Both the position numbers and the translations under genes were made by a program. DNA of 64,000 nucleotides, taken from positions 32,001-96,000 of IMG/VR virus record IMGVR_UViG_3300046519_000190; one strand, 5' to 3'. The DNA comes from a virus. A model generated the notes under the pieces. It made no database searches. It worked only from the letters and a program-made list of their open reading frames with translations, and was not told where the DNA came from. Shown piece after piece: positions 46,204-56,265 of this stretch (positions are counted from its first letter, which is position 1; the number at the start of each line of letters is the position of its first letter).

Positions 46204-46948
46204 TATTCAATCCCGGATATCTGAGGTGAGCCACAGAATGCTTCTGCCAGTACCCACCATAAATGGACCGGACAGACAATCTGTTTTCGCAATGATGGAG
46301 AATCATATCATCTCCAAGGTAAATCGCGACGTGATTCGCCACATTCCCGCCTGTCTGGATCAAAAACAGGTCGCCCTTTTCTGGTTGAGTGCCGAACAGT
46401 TTCTCGAACCCGAGTGTCTCGACAGCTTGTTCCATGAGCGGGTTGTTGTGCTCCCAGAATCGGGTGTCGCGGTTTTCACGCAGTCGTTCCAGTTCGATGC
46501 CGTACTCGCGCTTGTAGTAGTCCACCACCAGGGAGTAGCAGTCGATCACACCGTAGTGATACGGCCGGCCGACATAGGGAAGCTCGTAGCCGGATGGCTC
46601 ATAGACCGCAGTCTCGCTGAAAACGAAGTCTTCGCCCGACTTGTACACGGCTGTAATGAAGTAAGGCAGTTCAGATGCCTCACACTCAACCAGGTCTGAC
46701 TCGGATGCGACATTCGTCCTGTTCGGATGCGAATGCCAGACACCGATGATTTCGCCCACCTCTGACGCCCGATGATACTCCTCGACACTGATGTCGAAAG
46801 TCGTCAGGGGTTGTAGTGCAGAGTTCTTGCAAGGAACGAACCCTTGCTTCTTCCCTTGCGCTACAACGAACCCGCACGCTTCATTTGGGAACTGAGCTGC
46901 TGCTTCGGTTTGAAACGCGCTATCGAGCGCAGAGACGTTAGGCTTCAT
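46178..46948 (-). CDS. tail assembly protein K (JAB/MPN + NlpC/P60)
   Basis: PNEACG, HSHP....S..D, GR.Y.YG..DCY, NHVAIYLG..ILHH. Confidence 0.92.
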   Translation of the reverse strand: MKPNVSALDSAFQTEAAAQFPNEACGFVVAQGKKQGFVPCKNSALQPLTTFDISVEEYHRASEVGEIIGVWHSHPNRTNVASESDLVECEASELPYFITAVYKSGEDFVFSETAVYEPSGYELPYVGRPYHYGVIDCYSLVVDYYKREYGIELERLRENRDTRFWEHNNPLMEQAVETLGFEKLFGTQPEKGDLFLIQTGGNVANHVAIYLGDDMILHHCENRLSVRSIYGGYWQKHSVAHLRYPGLNNGTHEGNS

Positions 46949-47636
46949 ATCGGGTAGCACCTGGGAAACCGCCAAATGGAAGGACACCTGTACCATACCG
47001 GCACTTGCATCCAGAAAGCATTTTCGAGCACACGTCCTTTGTAGCGTCGGCAGTGGGCTGGTCGAAGCGGTCGAAGAAAGCACCTGTCCAACCACACTCA
47101 GCACCACGATACTTCCAGGGACATGCGGACTTGAGCACCTGTCTGTAGGGCAGCATGACGCCCATCAGGTCGAATACCGATGCCAGTTCGAACTCAAGCT
47201 GGTAACGGTTCTCGGTTGTCTTCTGATCGATGAACCAGATGTCGTCTTCCAGATGCTGACTTGGGTCGGCTTCCGGGTTGACTCCACCTTCGAAGTTCAC
47301 AGCGTCCAGGAAGCGGGCGAACGTGCGCTTGCGGGTCAGAACGCACCCGAGCAGGTCATCGTTGGCTGCAACCTCAGCGCTGAACAGACCACCGGTGTTT
47401 GCGACCTTGATCTTTGGACGAGGCAATGCACCCTGGGTAGTCATGTCGAAACCGGTAGCTTCGATTGGCCAGGGTTGGTACACATTGTCCTGCCACACAA
47501 CAGGTGCATTCAGCCCGTTGGTGCCAGAGTGGAAGTACAGAATGCCTCCGCTCTTCGTGCTGGTCATGTCGAGTTCGAACAACTCGATGAAGGACGAAGG
47601 CGAGAGGCTTTGAAGTTCTTCGGTGAATTTACTCAC
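46938..47636 (-). CDS. minor tail protein L
   Basis: IELFELD, RKRTFARFLD..NF, C.WKYRG.EC, D.CSK.LSGC..R, FGGFP. Confidence 0.92.
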   Translation of the reverse strand: MSKFTEELQSLSPSSFIELFELDMTSTKSGGILYFHSGTNGLNAPVVWQDNVYQPWPIEATGFDMTTQGALPRPKIKVANTGGLFSAEVAANDDLLGCVLTRKRTFARFLDAVNFEGGVNPEADPSQHLEDDIWFIDQKTTENRYQLEFELASVFDLMGVMLPYRQVLKSACPWKYRGAECGWTGAFFDRFDQPTADATKDVCSKMLSGCKCRYGTGVLPFGGFPGATRYEA

Positions 47637-47974
47637 GATTCAAATACCTGCTCGAAGGTTGACTTGAGCACAAGGTAGCCTTCCTCGGATGTGACTGTCC
47701 ATTTTCTTGCGACATACACACCGGGTTCACCCAGCGGGTTGGTCCAGTTGAACGCTTCAACGGCTCGACGAGCCCGCAGAAACGTCCTGATTGCCTGGAT
47801 TTCACCGCTTGGGCGACCGCGACTGAACGTCACGGCCCAGCTTTGATGGTTCACGTTGATCACGTTGGAGAAACGGGATTCATACCCGTCTCCAAACTGG
47901 ATGATCGACACTCTTGGCTCCTCGGTATTCTCCGAAGAGATATCGGGAAGCCAAGTGAATGTCTGTCTTGCCAT
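47633..47974 (-). CDS. minor tail protein M
   Basis: TFTW.P, QFGDGYE.R, FL....AF.WT.P, TFEQVF. Confidence 0.9.
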   Translation of the reverse strand: MARQTFTWLPDISSENTEEPRVSIIQFGDGYESRFSNVINVNHQSWAVTFSRGRPSGEIQAIRTFLRARRAVEAFNWTNPLGEPGVYVARKWTVTSEEGYLVLKSTFEQVFES

Positions 47975-47984
47975 TTGCTTCCCC

Positions 47985-50900
47985 TTACTTCCGCTTATCG
48001 ATGATGCCGCCAGGTCGAGTCTCGGTCAGGAGGGTTTCCCGAACGATGTTTCGAATCTTGCCGGCCATGTCAGTCAGTGTGCTCTCGCTGGAGTCGCTGC
48101 TGGTGTTCTCGCTGCCATCGTTGTTGACCGTGATGTTGATGTTCACGGACCCGATGCCACCATCACCGCCACTCGATGCGCCAGCTCCAGTCATTGTAAC
48201 CGGAATGGTTCGACCGTCGGGCAATGGCACATAAGCTTCTGGCTTCTTGCCTTCACCGTAGATCGCAACTTGTGGAGTGTTTGCGACACCGCCGTTTGCG
48301 TACTTCTTCAAGGCGAGCTGACCGTACTCAGTCATGATGCCGCCGTTGGCGAACTTGTAGGCGCTGCTGTAACCGGCTTGCGAAGCACCCAGGCTCGAAG
48401 AGGTTGCTGCGGCCGAACCTGCTTCAAAGCCGTTTGCGCCTGTACTGCCACCGAATGCAGCCATACCGAGAGACAGCGCGCCGCTCAACCAACCACCGGC
48501 CGCAGAAGCGCTCGACGCAGCCTGAGCCATTGCTCGGGCGATCTGGATCTTCAACAGCTCCTGGAGGACGTAGACAACGAAGTCCTTCATGGCGAACTTA
48601 CCAGTGGTCAGACCGGTAGCCAGCGTGTCGTTGAACTTGTCCATCGCGTCGCCCCACAGCGACTTGTACTGATCGGTTGCATCCTTGTTCACACGAATCC
48701 ATTGCTCCAGACCGGATTCAGTGTCGCGCTGGTATTGCAGATCCAACTGAGTGCGGTAGGCGTTGTAGGAGGCCATCGCGTCGGAGTCTTGCGCGAGCTG
48801 TTTCTGGTGGTTGGCGTAGAACTCATCCGCCCACTTGCCCTGCCGATCGTACTGCTGTTTTACCTTCTCGGTGTTGGTCAGCAAAGCATCGCTGATCGCG
48901 TTGGCGTCTTCCTGCATCTTCTTGGCGGTATCGCTGACCTTGAGGTCTTCGATTTTCGCCTTGAGCACGTCAATCTGAGCCGCAGTGACTACCGCTTCGC
49001 CTTCGAGCTTCTTGAGCAGACCTTCACCCGAGCCGGCTACTTGAGCGTCATAGGCTTTCTTCTTGGTTTCTTCCAGTTTGGTTTGCAGGTCGACGAGTTC
49101 TTCCTCGTAGCGAACTGCATCCGCGGACGCTTTCTCCCAGGGGTTGAGAGTCTCGACCTTGGCCAATTTGGCAGTGATCAACGAGCTGATCTGGCTGATA
49201 CGCTCCTGAGCATCCTTGTACTCATTCGAGGAAGCGGTTACAGCCTTCTGAGCTTTCTCCAGCGCGAACAGTTGCTCGGCATACGACTTGCCGTCGGACA
49301 CCATCTTGTCGAAGTTGGGCAGGTGTACGCCGCCCAGAGACTCCACAGTCGCTGCAAGTTGCGCGAGGTATGGGTTGGTCTCCTCAACCTTCGCATCGAG
49401 CGTAGCGAGCTTCTTACGCATCCCATCAACGAAGATGGTCAGCATGTCGAAAGCAACCTTCTGAGGTTTGCCGCCACCGGCCAGGAAGGTGTCGCTGAAC
49501 TCTTTGGAAGATTCGAGCAGAGCTGTTTGCTGGTTGCCCAGTTCACCCAGAGACACACGCAGTTGGTTGGCAGCGATGACTTTGGCTTTGACAGCCTTGT
49601 CGTCGAGACCGATCACTGTGCCGTTGCTGGTGATTTCAGCCTTGTCGTTGATTTCCTTCTGGATCTTGTCGAGCTGCTGATTGTACAGATCGGCTTGAGC
49701 TTGCAGCCGGGTTCTTTCCAGGGCCAGTTTCTGCGACTTGGTTTCGGCTTTGAAGGTATCAGTCTTGTCAGCGCCGGACTTCTCGCCTTCGGAGAGACGA
49801 TCCGAGAACTTCTTCATGCCAGCTTCGTATTCTTTGTCGACCTTCGCCATACCGTCAGACACAGCGGCGCGCGCAGCCTCAAACTCTACGTTGGCTTTCG
49901 ACTTGATTACGTTGGCTTCACCGGTGCTGATCGCATCGAGCAACTGGGCGCTTTGCTTTTTCAGCTCATCGATTTTCTTCTTGTTGCCTTCAACGTCGAT
50001 GTACTGACCGCTGAGAGCGCCAAGAGCACCCATGATCCCCGTTTTCTTGCCGGTAGCGAGGTCGTTGTCGTCTTCCAGACTCTTGATGTCTTTCGCGTTG
50101 GTCTTGATCTGCTCCTGAGCATCCATAATCTCTTTGAGACCGGCGCCCTGACCCTTCGCATCGATCATCGCCTGGATACCAGCTTGTGCGGCCTTCTTGT
50201 ACTCCCACCAGGAGTAAGCGCCGGCTGCAACTGCTGCTGTCAGCATACCGATTGGACCGGTGGCGACCGCTGCGATACCACCGATCGTACCCAAAACACC
50301 GCGCATGGCTGTCATCGCACCAGTAGCTACACTGGATGCGCTCCGCATTTGCATCACGCCGTTGCTCAACTGAGTGAAGCTGGAAGCGATGTTTGCAAAC
50401 TGGGTGCGTACTTGACCACCTGCACCCGCGAGCGAGCTGATGAATGTACCAGTGGCCGCTGTCAGAGCCCTGAGAATCGTCACAGCTTTGGTCGCTGCAT
50501 AGATCGTCAGGAAGGCTTTGCCGAGTTCGATGATTTCAGAGCGATACTGGATGATCCACTTGAGGCCATCGATTGCGCTGTTCATGACCTCAGTCAGACC
50601 AGCACCGAACGCTTTAGCGCTGGCGATAGTCGAAGGGTCTTTCAGGATATTGGTCAGCTCACGAATGCCCGACGTTACGCCGTGCATATAGGTGCCTTCA
50701 CCGTAGCCTTCTTGGAAGCCACCAACGGTCAGCATCAGCTTGGTGAACTCTGTGCTCAATTGAGCAACAGCGCCGTTCCAGGTGTTCATCATCCGATCAG
50801 CAGCACCGGACGATGCAAGCTCCATTTCACGGAACATCGCGATGATCGCAGGCTCAGATTTGACCTTACCCTGGGAAATCTCTTTCACCAGTTTGGAGTA

Positions 50901-51545
50901 GGTTACGCCCAGGCCGTTGGCCATCTGTTGGATTGCGGTCGGAACAGCCTCACCGAGTTGCTGACGCAGCTCTTCCATCGAGACAACACCCTTACCGGCC
51001 ATCTGTTGAATCGCAACAGAGGCTCGTTTCAGGGCTTCGTCGTTACCACCGAACTGTGCAACCGAGTCGATCAGAGCGTTGAAGCCTTGTTCGATCGGCT
51101 CAATGCCGGACACTCGCAGCTTCACGAACGAGTCGGTGATTGCCTTGAGAGAGAAGGGTGCGTTCGAAGCTTTGGTCAGCAGCATGTTCACGTCAGCCAT
51201 TGCCTGAGCAGTAGCTTTGACAGGATCAGTTTCCTTGGAGAAGGACTTCATGAGCTGGATCGAACGCTGCATGTCGGCGTTGACGTCGATAATCGCCTTC
51301 TGCCAGCCCACAGTAGCGTCTGCGACCGTTCGGAACGCATCACGCACAAGGGCAAGGGTCAGGACTGTATCGCGAAGCAGACGCCCAAACGCACTGAAAC
51401 TGGAATGGGTACTGTTGACTGCCCGGTTCGCACCTTGCGCACCGAGCACAAACTGACCAAGGGCACCGGTGGCTTGACGCAAGCCCACGGTGAATTGACT
51501 GCCGTTAAGACTCAGGTCTAGGACCAGTTCGCCCAGGTTGGCCAT
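47985..51545 (-). CDS. tail tape measure protein
   Basis: QMAGKG.VS.EELRQQLGEA.P tape-measure motif, long helical body, C-terminal A.GG / GE..PEA..PL / RPGG. Confidence 0.92.
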   Translation of the reverse strand: MANLGELVLDLSLNGSQFTVGLRQATGALGQFVLGAQGANRAVNSTHSSFSAFGRLLRDTVLTLALVRDAFRTVADATVGWQKAIIDVNADMQRSIQLMKSFSKETDPVKATAQAMADVNMLLTKASNAPFSLKAITDSFVKLRVSGIEPIEQGFNALIDSVAQFGGNDEALKRASVAIQQMAGKGVVSMEELRQQLGEAVPTAIQQMANGLGVTYSKLVKEISQGKVKSEPAIIAMFREMELASSGAADRMMNTWNGAVAQLSTEFTKLMLTVGGFQEGYGEGTYMHGVTSGIRELTNILKDPSTIASAKAFGAGLTEVMNSAIDGLKWIIQYRSEIIELGKAFLTIYAATKAVTILRALTAATGTFISSLAGAGGQVRTQFANIASSFTQLSNGVMQMRSASSVATGAMTAMRGVLGTIGGIAAVATGPIGMLTAAVAAGAYSWWEYKKAAQAGIQAMIDAKGQGAGLKEIMDAQEQIKTNAKDIKSLEDDNDLATGKKTGIMGALGALSGQYIDVEGNKKKIDELKKQSAQLLDAISTGEANVIKSKANVEFEAARAAVSDGMAKVDKEYEAGMKKFSDRLSEGEKSGADKTDTFKAETKSQKLALERTRLQAQADLYNQQLDKIQKEINDKAEITSNGTVIGLDDKAVKAKVIAANQLRVSLGELGNQQTALLESSKEFSDTFLAGGGKPQKVAFDMLTIFVDGMRKKLATLDAKVEETNPYLAQLAATVESLGGVHLPNFDKMVSDGKSYAEQLFALEKAQKAVTASSNEYKDAQERISQISSLITAKLAKVETLNPWEKASADAVRYEEELVDLQTKLEETKKKAYDAQVAGSGEGLLKKLEGEAVVTAAQIDVLKAKIEDLKVSDTAKKMQEDANAISDALLTNTEKVKQQYDRQGKWADEFYANHQKQLAQDSDAMASYNAYRTQLDLQYQRDTESGLEQWIRVNKDATDQYKSLWGDAMDKFNDTLATGLTTGKFAMKDFVVYVLQELLKIQIARAMAQAASSASAAGGWLSGALSLGMAAFGGSTGANGFEAGSAAATSSSLGASQAGYSSAYKFANGGIMTEYGQLALKKYANGGVANTPQVAIYGEGKKPEAYVPLPDGRTIPVTMTGAGASSGGDGGIGSVNINITVNNDGSENTSSDSSESTLTDMAGKIRNIVRETLLTETRPGGIIDKRK

Positions 51546-51551
51546 TGCTTT

Positions 51552-51896
51552 TTAACTCCCGCCTAAAAGTTTGTTGAATTTGGCGGAAACAGATGGTTCC
51601 GGGGCTACGATTGCGTTCCGCCGAATCGTCACTTTCTCGCCAATTTCCAGAGTAAGTCGACCAACGTGGTCGTTGATACGCTGGAGCTGTTCTTGGGATT
51701 GCGGCGGATGGACAAGCAGGTCTGACTGAATGTTGCGGATTTCGTGTTCCGCTTGAATCCTGCCGATCTGTTTCTCCATCATCCAAAACCGACGTGCTGG
51801 CATAGCCAGCACATGGGTATCAGTCCAACCGTAAAACCAGCAGAAGCGGGAAAAGATGAACGAGAAGTCAATCGCTTCGACGGTTAAACCTTTGGG
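51552..51896 (-). CDS. tail assembly chaperone T segment (reached by -1 frameshift)
   Basis: the -1 frame after CCCAAAG reads KGLTVEAIDFSFIFSRFCWFYGWTDTHVLAMPARRFW... to the stop at 51552. Confidence 0.75.
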   Translation of the reverse strand, partial: PKGLTVEAIDFSFIFSRFCWFYGWTDTHVLAMPARRFWMMEKQIGRIQAEHEIRNIQSDLLVHPPQSQEQLQRINDHVGRLTLEIGEKVTIRRNAIVAPEPSVSAKFNKLLGGS

Positions 51897-52264
51897 GCTT
51901 CGACCTCAGACTCGACGACACCTTCACCGTTCAGCTTTGCTTCCTGCGCGGCCAGTGCTTCTTCGGCCATCTTCTGCGGGTCGCGGTTGGCGAACTCGAA
52001 TACCGCCAGCATCTGCGGCATCGACAGACCACGTACCACCGATTCCGGGCATTCCGGGATGATGGTTTGAATGGTCTTGATCATGTTCTCGAAGAAGGTT
52101 TCTTCACTTTGGCCCTTGCCCTTCCCTTTGGAAGCGGCGGCCTTTGCTACCTTGATGCTGTCCAGCAGTACGCCGACAGAGCGTTCGACCACACCGTATT
52201 CGACACCACGAATGGCGATCACACGGTTCAGTTCGGTCAGTTCGTCCAGGTTCAGAAGATCCAT
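51884..52264 (-). CDS. tail assembly chaperone G
   Basis: position between tail tube and tape measure; GGAG RBS; slippery site at the 3' end. Confidence 0.8.
   Translation of the reverse strand: MDLLNLDELTELNRVIAIRGVEYGVVERSVGVLLDSIKVAKAAASKGKGKGQSEETFFENMIKTIQTIIPECPESVVRGLSMPQMLAVFEFANRDPQKMAEEALAAQEAKLNGEGVVESEVEAPKV
51890..51896 (-). other. programmed -1 ribosomal frameshift slippery site C CCA AAG
   Basis: X XXY YYZ heptamer in frame just before the G stop codon, between tail tube and tape measure genes. Confidence 0.8.
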
Positions 52265-52315
52265 TGTTTAAGCTCCAATGCAGCGCCCCACAGGAGGGGC
52301 GCTTGGTGAGGATGA

Positions 52316-52858
52316 TTAAGGCTTGTTGACGGTAACAGATTTGTCGCCGTAGGTGAACAGGATACCGGTTTCGGAATCCGGGTAGCCTTTGAACTCGCAG
52401 TTGAACACGCGCTCGGCGTCGTACTTGTATGCGAAGTTCATCGCACCAGCAGTAGCGGCCAGCGGGATCACCAGGTCTTCCGAGTGGTCGCTGTCGGCGT
52501 TGGCAATCGGGTGCAGGGTCAGAGTTTTGGCTCGTTCCAGCAGCGACAGACCAGTACCGGAGCTGACGACAACGTTCTTCTTCGGCGCCTGCGGGTCAGT
52601 GTTGTCGGTCAACAGGGTCGCACCAGGGATGATGGTGGCCATGTTTTCCAGAGTGGTTTCCACCAGCGGGCAAGTGACCGTGATGGTACGACCCATGATG
52701 TATTCGTTGGCGACGGTATCGCCGAACTGGTCCACCTTGGTTTCGTGAGTGGTGGTGGCAACAGCAACTTCGACACCACCAGTGGTGAAGCCCAAGTCAA
52801 CGTTGTCGTAAAGCACGCGGCAGGTGCCCATGCGGATGTTTTCGGTACTCGATGCCAT
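52316..52858 (-). CDS. major tail tube protein
   Basis: DLGFT.GGV.V, DQFG, PL.ETTLEN, ERVF..EFKGYPD; synteny. Confidence 0.8.
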   Translation of the reverse strand: MASSTENIRMGTCRVLYDNVDLGFTTGGVEVAVATTTHETKVDQFGDTVANEYIMGRTITVTCPLVETTLENMATIIPGATLLTDNTDPQAPKKNVVVSSGTGLSLLERAKTLTLHPIANADSDHSEDLVIPLAATAGAMNFAYKYDAERVFNCEFKGYPDSETGILFTYGDKSVTVNKP

Positions 52859-52865
52859 TTTCGGG

Positions 52866-53243
52866 TTACTCCCAGTTAGCTGCAAAATTGTAGTTCACGG
52901 AAGCCTCGAATTGGCCTCCTTCGGTGCGTGGAAACACCAATGGGTCGTGTTCTGGCTTGATGAACCGGAAGTTCACCTCACCTCGTACTGCGCCCTCTGT
53001 CGTCAGCACCGGCATCAGATCGTTAGCCAGGTTGTAAGCGGCATCGATAGTAGCTGCTCGGACGATGACTTGGAAAGTGCCTTTTTTCAGACCGTGATAC
53101 GGGTCGATGCCGACCGGTACGCGAGCCATCACCAGAATGCCGGTGTTGATACCAGCCGGCATGTGGGTGTGAAACAGTGTGCGGCCCGGGATACCCAGGC
53201 CAGCTTGCTGAATGGTTGCTACAACCGCTTCTTGCAACTTCAT
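52866..53243 (-). CDS. tail terminator / head-tail completion protein
   Basis: LF...MP, FQVIVRA...AY pattern; synteny. Confidence 0.65.
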   Translation of the reverse strand: MKLQEAVVATIQQAGLGIPGRTLFHTHMPAGINTGILVMARVPVGIDPYHGLKKGTFQVIVRAATIDAAYNLANDLMPVLTTEGAVRGEVNFRFIKPEHDPLVFPRTEGGQFEASVNYNFAANWE

Positions 53244-53692
53244 CGGATCGCTCCTTTAACGGCTGCTACGATGACTGCGCGCGCCTCTTTGGACTTCTCT
53301 TTCAGAGCCCGTGTGAGGTACTTGTAGCCAACAGTGTGACTGCTACCATCCTGCTTTGCCTGGGACAGCGGCCCCAGGTTGTAATTTGGGTCTTCGTGCA
53401 TCTTGATCGAGTAGTCGTAGCCGTCGTGCGCTTCCAGATTGAGACGGCTGACATCGACACCCACTTGAACTTGAACCTGGCCGAACTGACCCAGAGAGTT
53501 ACGCTCCCTGGTTTCACTTGCGACGATGGCATTCTCAAGATCACCAGTGTCGATTGGCGCGTTTGCACGGGCTTCCTCGACAATGATTTGGGCAGCTTCA
53601 CGAAGACCTGCAAGAGAACCGGCTTTGGTCCTGGCTTCTGTACGAGCAAGGTTTTTCAGGACTTTATCCAGACCGGTGATCTTCAAACCCAC
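53240..53692 (-). CDS. HK97 gp10-like neck/tail completion protein
   Basis: ITGLD, APIDTGDL, KYL.RAL. Confidence 0.75.
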   Translation of the reverse strand: MGLKITGLDKVLKNLARTEARTKAGSLAGLREAAQIIVEEARANAPIDTGDLENAIVASETRERNSLGQFGQVQVQVGVDVSRLNLEAHDGYDYSIKMHEDPNYNLGPLSQAKQDGSSHTVGYKYLTRALKEKSKEARAVIVAAVKGAIR

Positions 53693-54033
53693 GTCTGTAG
53701 CTCCACCTGGTAGTGATCGATCTGGCCGTACATATCGTAGACAGGTCGAACACCTTTGACCTCGTATTCATCAGCACCAACGGTCAGCAGATCGTTGTTC
53801 TGAGGTACGAAGCTCGGGTGGATGAGGGCTCGTCCTTGCTCGACGTTCTCGTCAGCGAAGGACTTGGTGCCAGATTTGTCTGCACGCACGGAAGTTTGCT
53901 GCACGCCATCCGTAACACGGACGATGGACAGACCAACTTTCACTTTTGGACCAAAGAGACGATCGCCAGTGACTGTGAAGTCTTCACTGGCGCGTTTGAT
54001 GTACCCGATGGTCGTAGGGATAAATGCGCTCAT
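53683..54033 (-). CDS. head closure / head-tail adaptor
   Basis: beta-rich 116-aa protein in the head-completion position. Confidence 0.6.
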   Translation of the reverse strand: MSAFIPTTIGYIKRASEDFTVTGDRLFGPKVKVGLSIVRVTDGVQQTSVRADKSGTKSFADENVEQGRALIHPSFVPQNNDLLTVGADEYEVKGVRPVYDMYGQIDHYQVELQTWV

Positions 54034-54040
54034 GCCCACA

Positions 54041-54745
54041 TTATATGCCGACGTCAAGGGGTTGGAGAAGGGATTTCGAGTTGTGGTGGAAATATTTCCC
54101 TTGAACCTGGTCGTACTGCATCAGGTTTATCTCTTCACCGTCCTTGCTACCACCATCGATCCGGGCTTGCTCGATGTCTCGGGCTAACATCACATGCACC
54201 ATGATGGTGTTGTACTGCTGACGGAAGGCCCAATTCACTTCCCGGCCTACGTACTCGACTGTTGGGATGGCCATCTTGCCCGTGATGTTGAACGTCAGGT
54301 CATGCGTCAGTTGCTCGCTGGTTGCCACAAAGCGACCTGCGATCAGTTGCTGCCTGACGAATTCGAGGGCTGTCTTTACGTCTCGCGCTACAGCTCGCTC
54401 AATGACGTTCTCAAGCTCAGCGGCAAAGCCCCTGTGAAGCGCGTCAGCGACTGATAGAGCTTTCGGGCTGATCGACGCATCAGTCAGGGCTTTGCTCGTC
54501 TCTAGCGCGCTCTCAGCGACTTGGCCCAGATCATCCAGGATGTTCATTCGACTTGTGGACAGATAGCTCTGACCGATCGACTCCACAACCTGGTTCATGG
54601 ACATCATCGTGACAGTCCCATTACCCAGACCGGACAGCAGCTCGACAACCGCTCCACGAAGGGCTGTCTCAAACTGAGCGTAGCCCGTCCGAAGACGAGC
54701 CACACTTGCCGTCAGGTCAGCGTTATCCCGCGATACGTGTGACAT
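54041..54745 (-). CDS. hypothetical head-associated protein
   Basis: 234 aa; C-terminal FHHN resembles the HPN end of head morphogenesis proteins. Confidence 0.6.
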   Translation of the reverse strand: MSHVSRDNADLTASVARLRTGYAQFETALRGAVVELLSGLGNGTVTMMSMNQVVESIGQSYLSTSRMNILDDLGQVAESALETSKALTDASISPKALSVADALHRGFAAELENVIERAVARDVKTALEFVRQQLIAGRFVATSEQLTHDLTFNITGKMAIPTVEYVGREVNWAFRQQYNTIMVHVMLARDIEQARIDGGSKDGEEINLMQYDQVQGKYFHHNSKSLLQPLDVGI

Positions 54746-55511
54746 AACTGATGATCCCTTTCAAAGCGAGAGCAGTTGCACGGCACACCGGGAGTTCCAG
54801 TGGTTTGACTGTGCGGTAGAAGTGAGCGGATTCACCGGCGCTGTGCGACAGCAGACCAGCGAGACGTTGTTTCTCGGGCGTGTTACCAGAGAGCAGGAAG
54901 TTGGCTTCAATGACCTGTGCGCGGATCAGTCGCTCTTTCTGGTCTGGGTGAAGCTTGGCCCAGGTTTCAGTCTTGAGCTGGCGAGTGGAGTAGATTTTCT
55001 CCAGATCGCTTTCGAAGATGCCGGTGTCGTCCCACATACGGTTCTGCGGCCAGTAACGAGCGCGACGATGCGGAGGACAGAAGTCCACATGAACGTCACC
55101 GATGTTGTGGTATGCCTGGATCAACGCCGCTTTCTGCTGATCAACCGGGCTCAGGTTGAACGGTACGATGTCGACCATGAATTTGGCTTGCAGGGACAGA
55201 TCGCCCCAGGTGCCGAAAGAGTTGTCGAGTACCCGAAGCAAGTCCTTGGCTTCGATGATGACCTCTGTTCGTTCTGTGCCGATAGAAACATCGGCCGCGA
55301 ACAGCTCGACCACAAACACAGCGAACGCACTCCAGCCACTGATTGCAGATGCCTCAGCAGGGAAGGTGACAGTTGCGCCTGTTACGTCGATTTGGTCCGG
55401 GCTTTGCCACGCCACTGCACCTGCGATTTCGACAGAGAGCGATGCTTTGTCAGCACCACTCAATGTCAATGGCAGAGTCAGGGCGGAACCGCTCAGAAGA
55501 ACGTCCGCCAT
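54723..55511 (-). CDS. head-tail connector-like protein
   Basis: AALIQAY, AQ.IEA..L, G..S.S.GES...Y pattern; synteny. Confidence 0.6.
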   Translation of the reverse strand: MADVLLSGSALTLPLTLSGADKASLSVEIAGAVAWQSPDQIDVTGATVTFPAEASAISGWSAFAVFVVELFAADVSIGTERTEVIIEAKDLLRVLDNSFGTWGDLSLQAKFMVDIVPFNLSPVDQQKAALIQAYHNIGDVHVDFCPPHRRARYWPQNRMWDDTGIFESDLEKIYSTRQLKTETWAKLHPDQKERLIRAQVIEANFLLSGNTPEKQRLAGLLSHSAGESAHFYRTVKPLELPVCRATALALKGIISYVTRIAG

Positions 55512-55516
55512 GACGG

Positions 55517-56179
55517 TTACTCCTGCTCGGCAGTAGCGTCGGCTACTGGGGCTTCAACAGCGTCAACCGGCACTTCGGTCGGAGCAGGGCGCTCTTCTTC
55601 CTTGCTTTCGAGGTCGGTCACGACATTGCCATCGGCGTCGGTGGTTTCGACAACAGTGGTCGAAACAACGTCAGCGTCGGTTTGAGCGGTCAGAGCTTGC
55701 TCGACAGCAGGCTTGTCGTGAAGAGCCTTCTCGGCCATCAGGTCAGCGATGATGCCCTTGATGCTCTTGCCGTTGACGCCGTAAGTTTCAGCGAAAGCAC
55801 GCAGGCCGGCGATACCTTCGCCGTCAGCAAGCTTCGACAGGTCGTCGTGAGTGAAGCTGTAGTCAAAGCCGGGTTTGACTGGATCGATCACTGCGCCTGC
55901 GGTGACGACAATCGGTGGTGGAGTCGGCAGAGAGCCGCCCTTTGTCAGAACGGGGTTGGAGTTGATGCCCATTTCGTCGGCGTTCTTGTTGCTCAGGTCG
56001 ACCATACGCTGAGTGACGGATGGGTTGGCGCCAGTTTCGAACTCTTCGACGCGGACGATCGATGCCATGCGCTCGGCTTCACTTGCCGACACGTCTTCGC
56101 AGACGCCATCGACGAAGTAGGAGTTGCCCAGGTAGCCGGTGTAGTTCGCAAAGCCAGGGTCAGTGATGCGGATCTTCAT
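55517..56179 (-). CDS. hypothetical virion-associated protein with HeH-like motif
   Basis: GAGG RBS; L..LAD.EGI.GLR..A..YGV.GKSI helix-extension-helix-like segment; acidic tail. Confidence 0.7.
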   Translation of the reverse strand: MKIRITDPGFANYTGYLGNSYFVDGVCEDVSASEAERMASIVRVEEFETGANPSVTQRMVDLSNKNADEMGINSNPVLTKGGSLPTPPPIVVTAGAVIDPVKPGFDYSFTHDDLSKLADGEGIAGLRAFAETYGVNGKSIKGIIADLMAEKALHDKPAVEQALTAQTDADVVSTTVVETTDADGNVVTDLESKEEERPAPTEVPVDAVEAPVADATAEQE

Positions 56180-56205
56180 GTGATTTTCCTCAGATTCAGA
56201 ATGTG

Positions 56206-56237
56206 AAAAAGGGGGCTTGGTTTCCCGAGCCCCCTTT
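56206..56237 (-). terminator. Rho-independent terminator after major capsid gene
   Basis: AGGGGGCTCGG-GAAA-CCAAGCCCCC followed by TTTTT. Confidence 0.75.
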
Positions 56238-56265
56238 ATAGCAGTTGCCGGAGCAACCTGCCACC

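Noticed and set aside
35837-51521. Very long plus-strand ORFs (1033, 578, 772, 704 and 1221 aa)
   Set aside because: Mirror frames of the tail fibre, J and tape measure genes; no domain motifs, and all real genes here are on the minus strand
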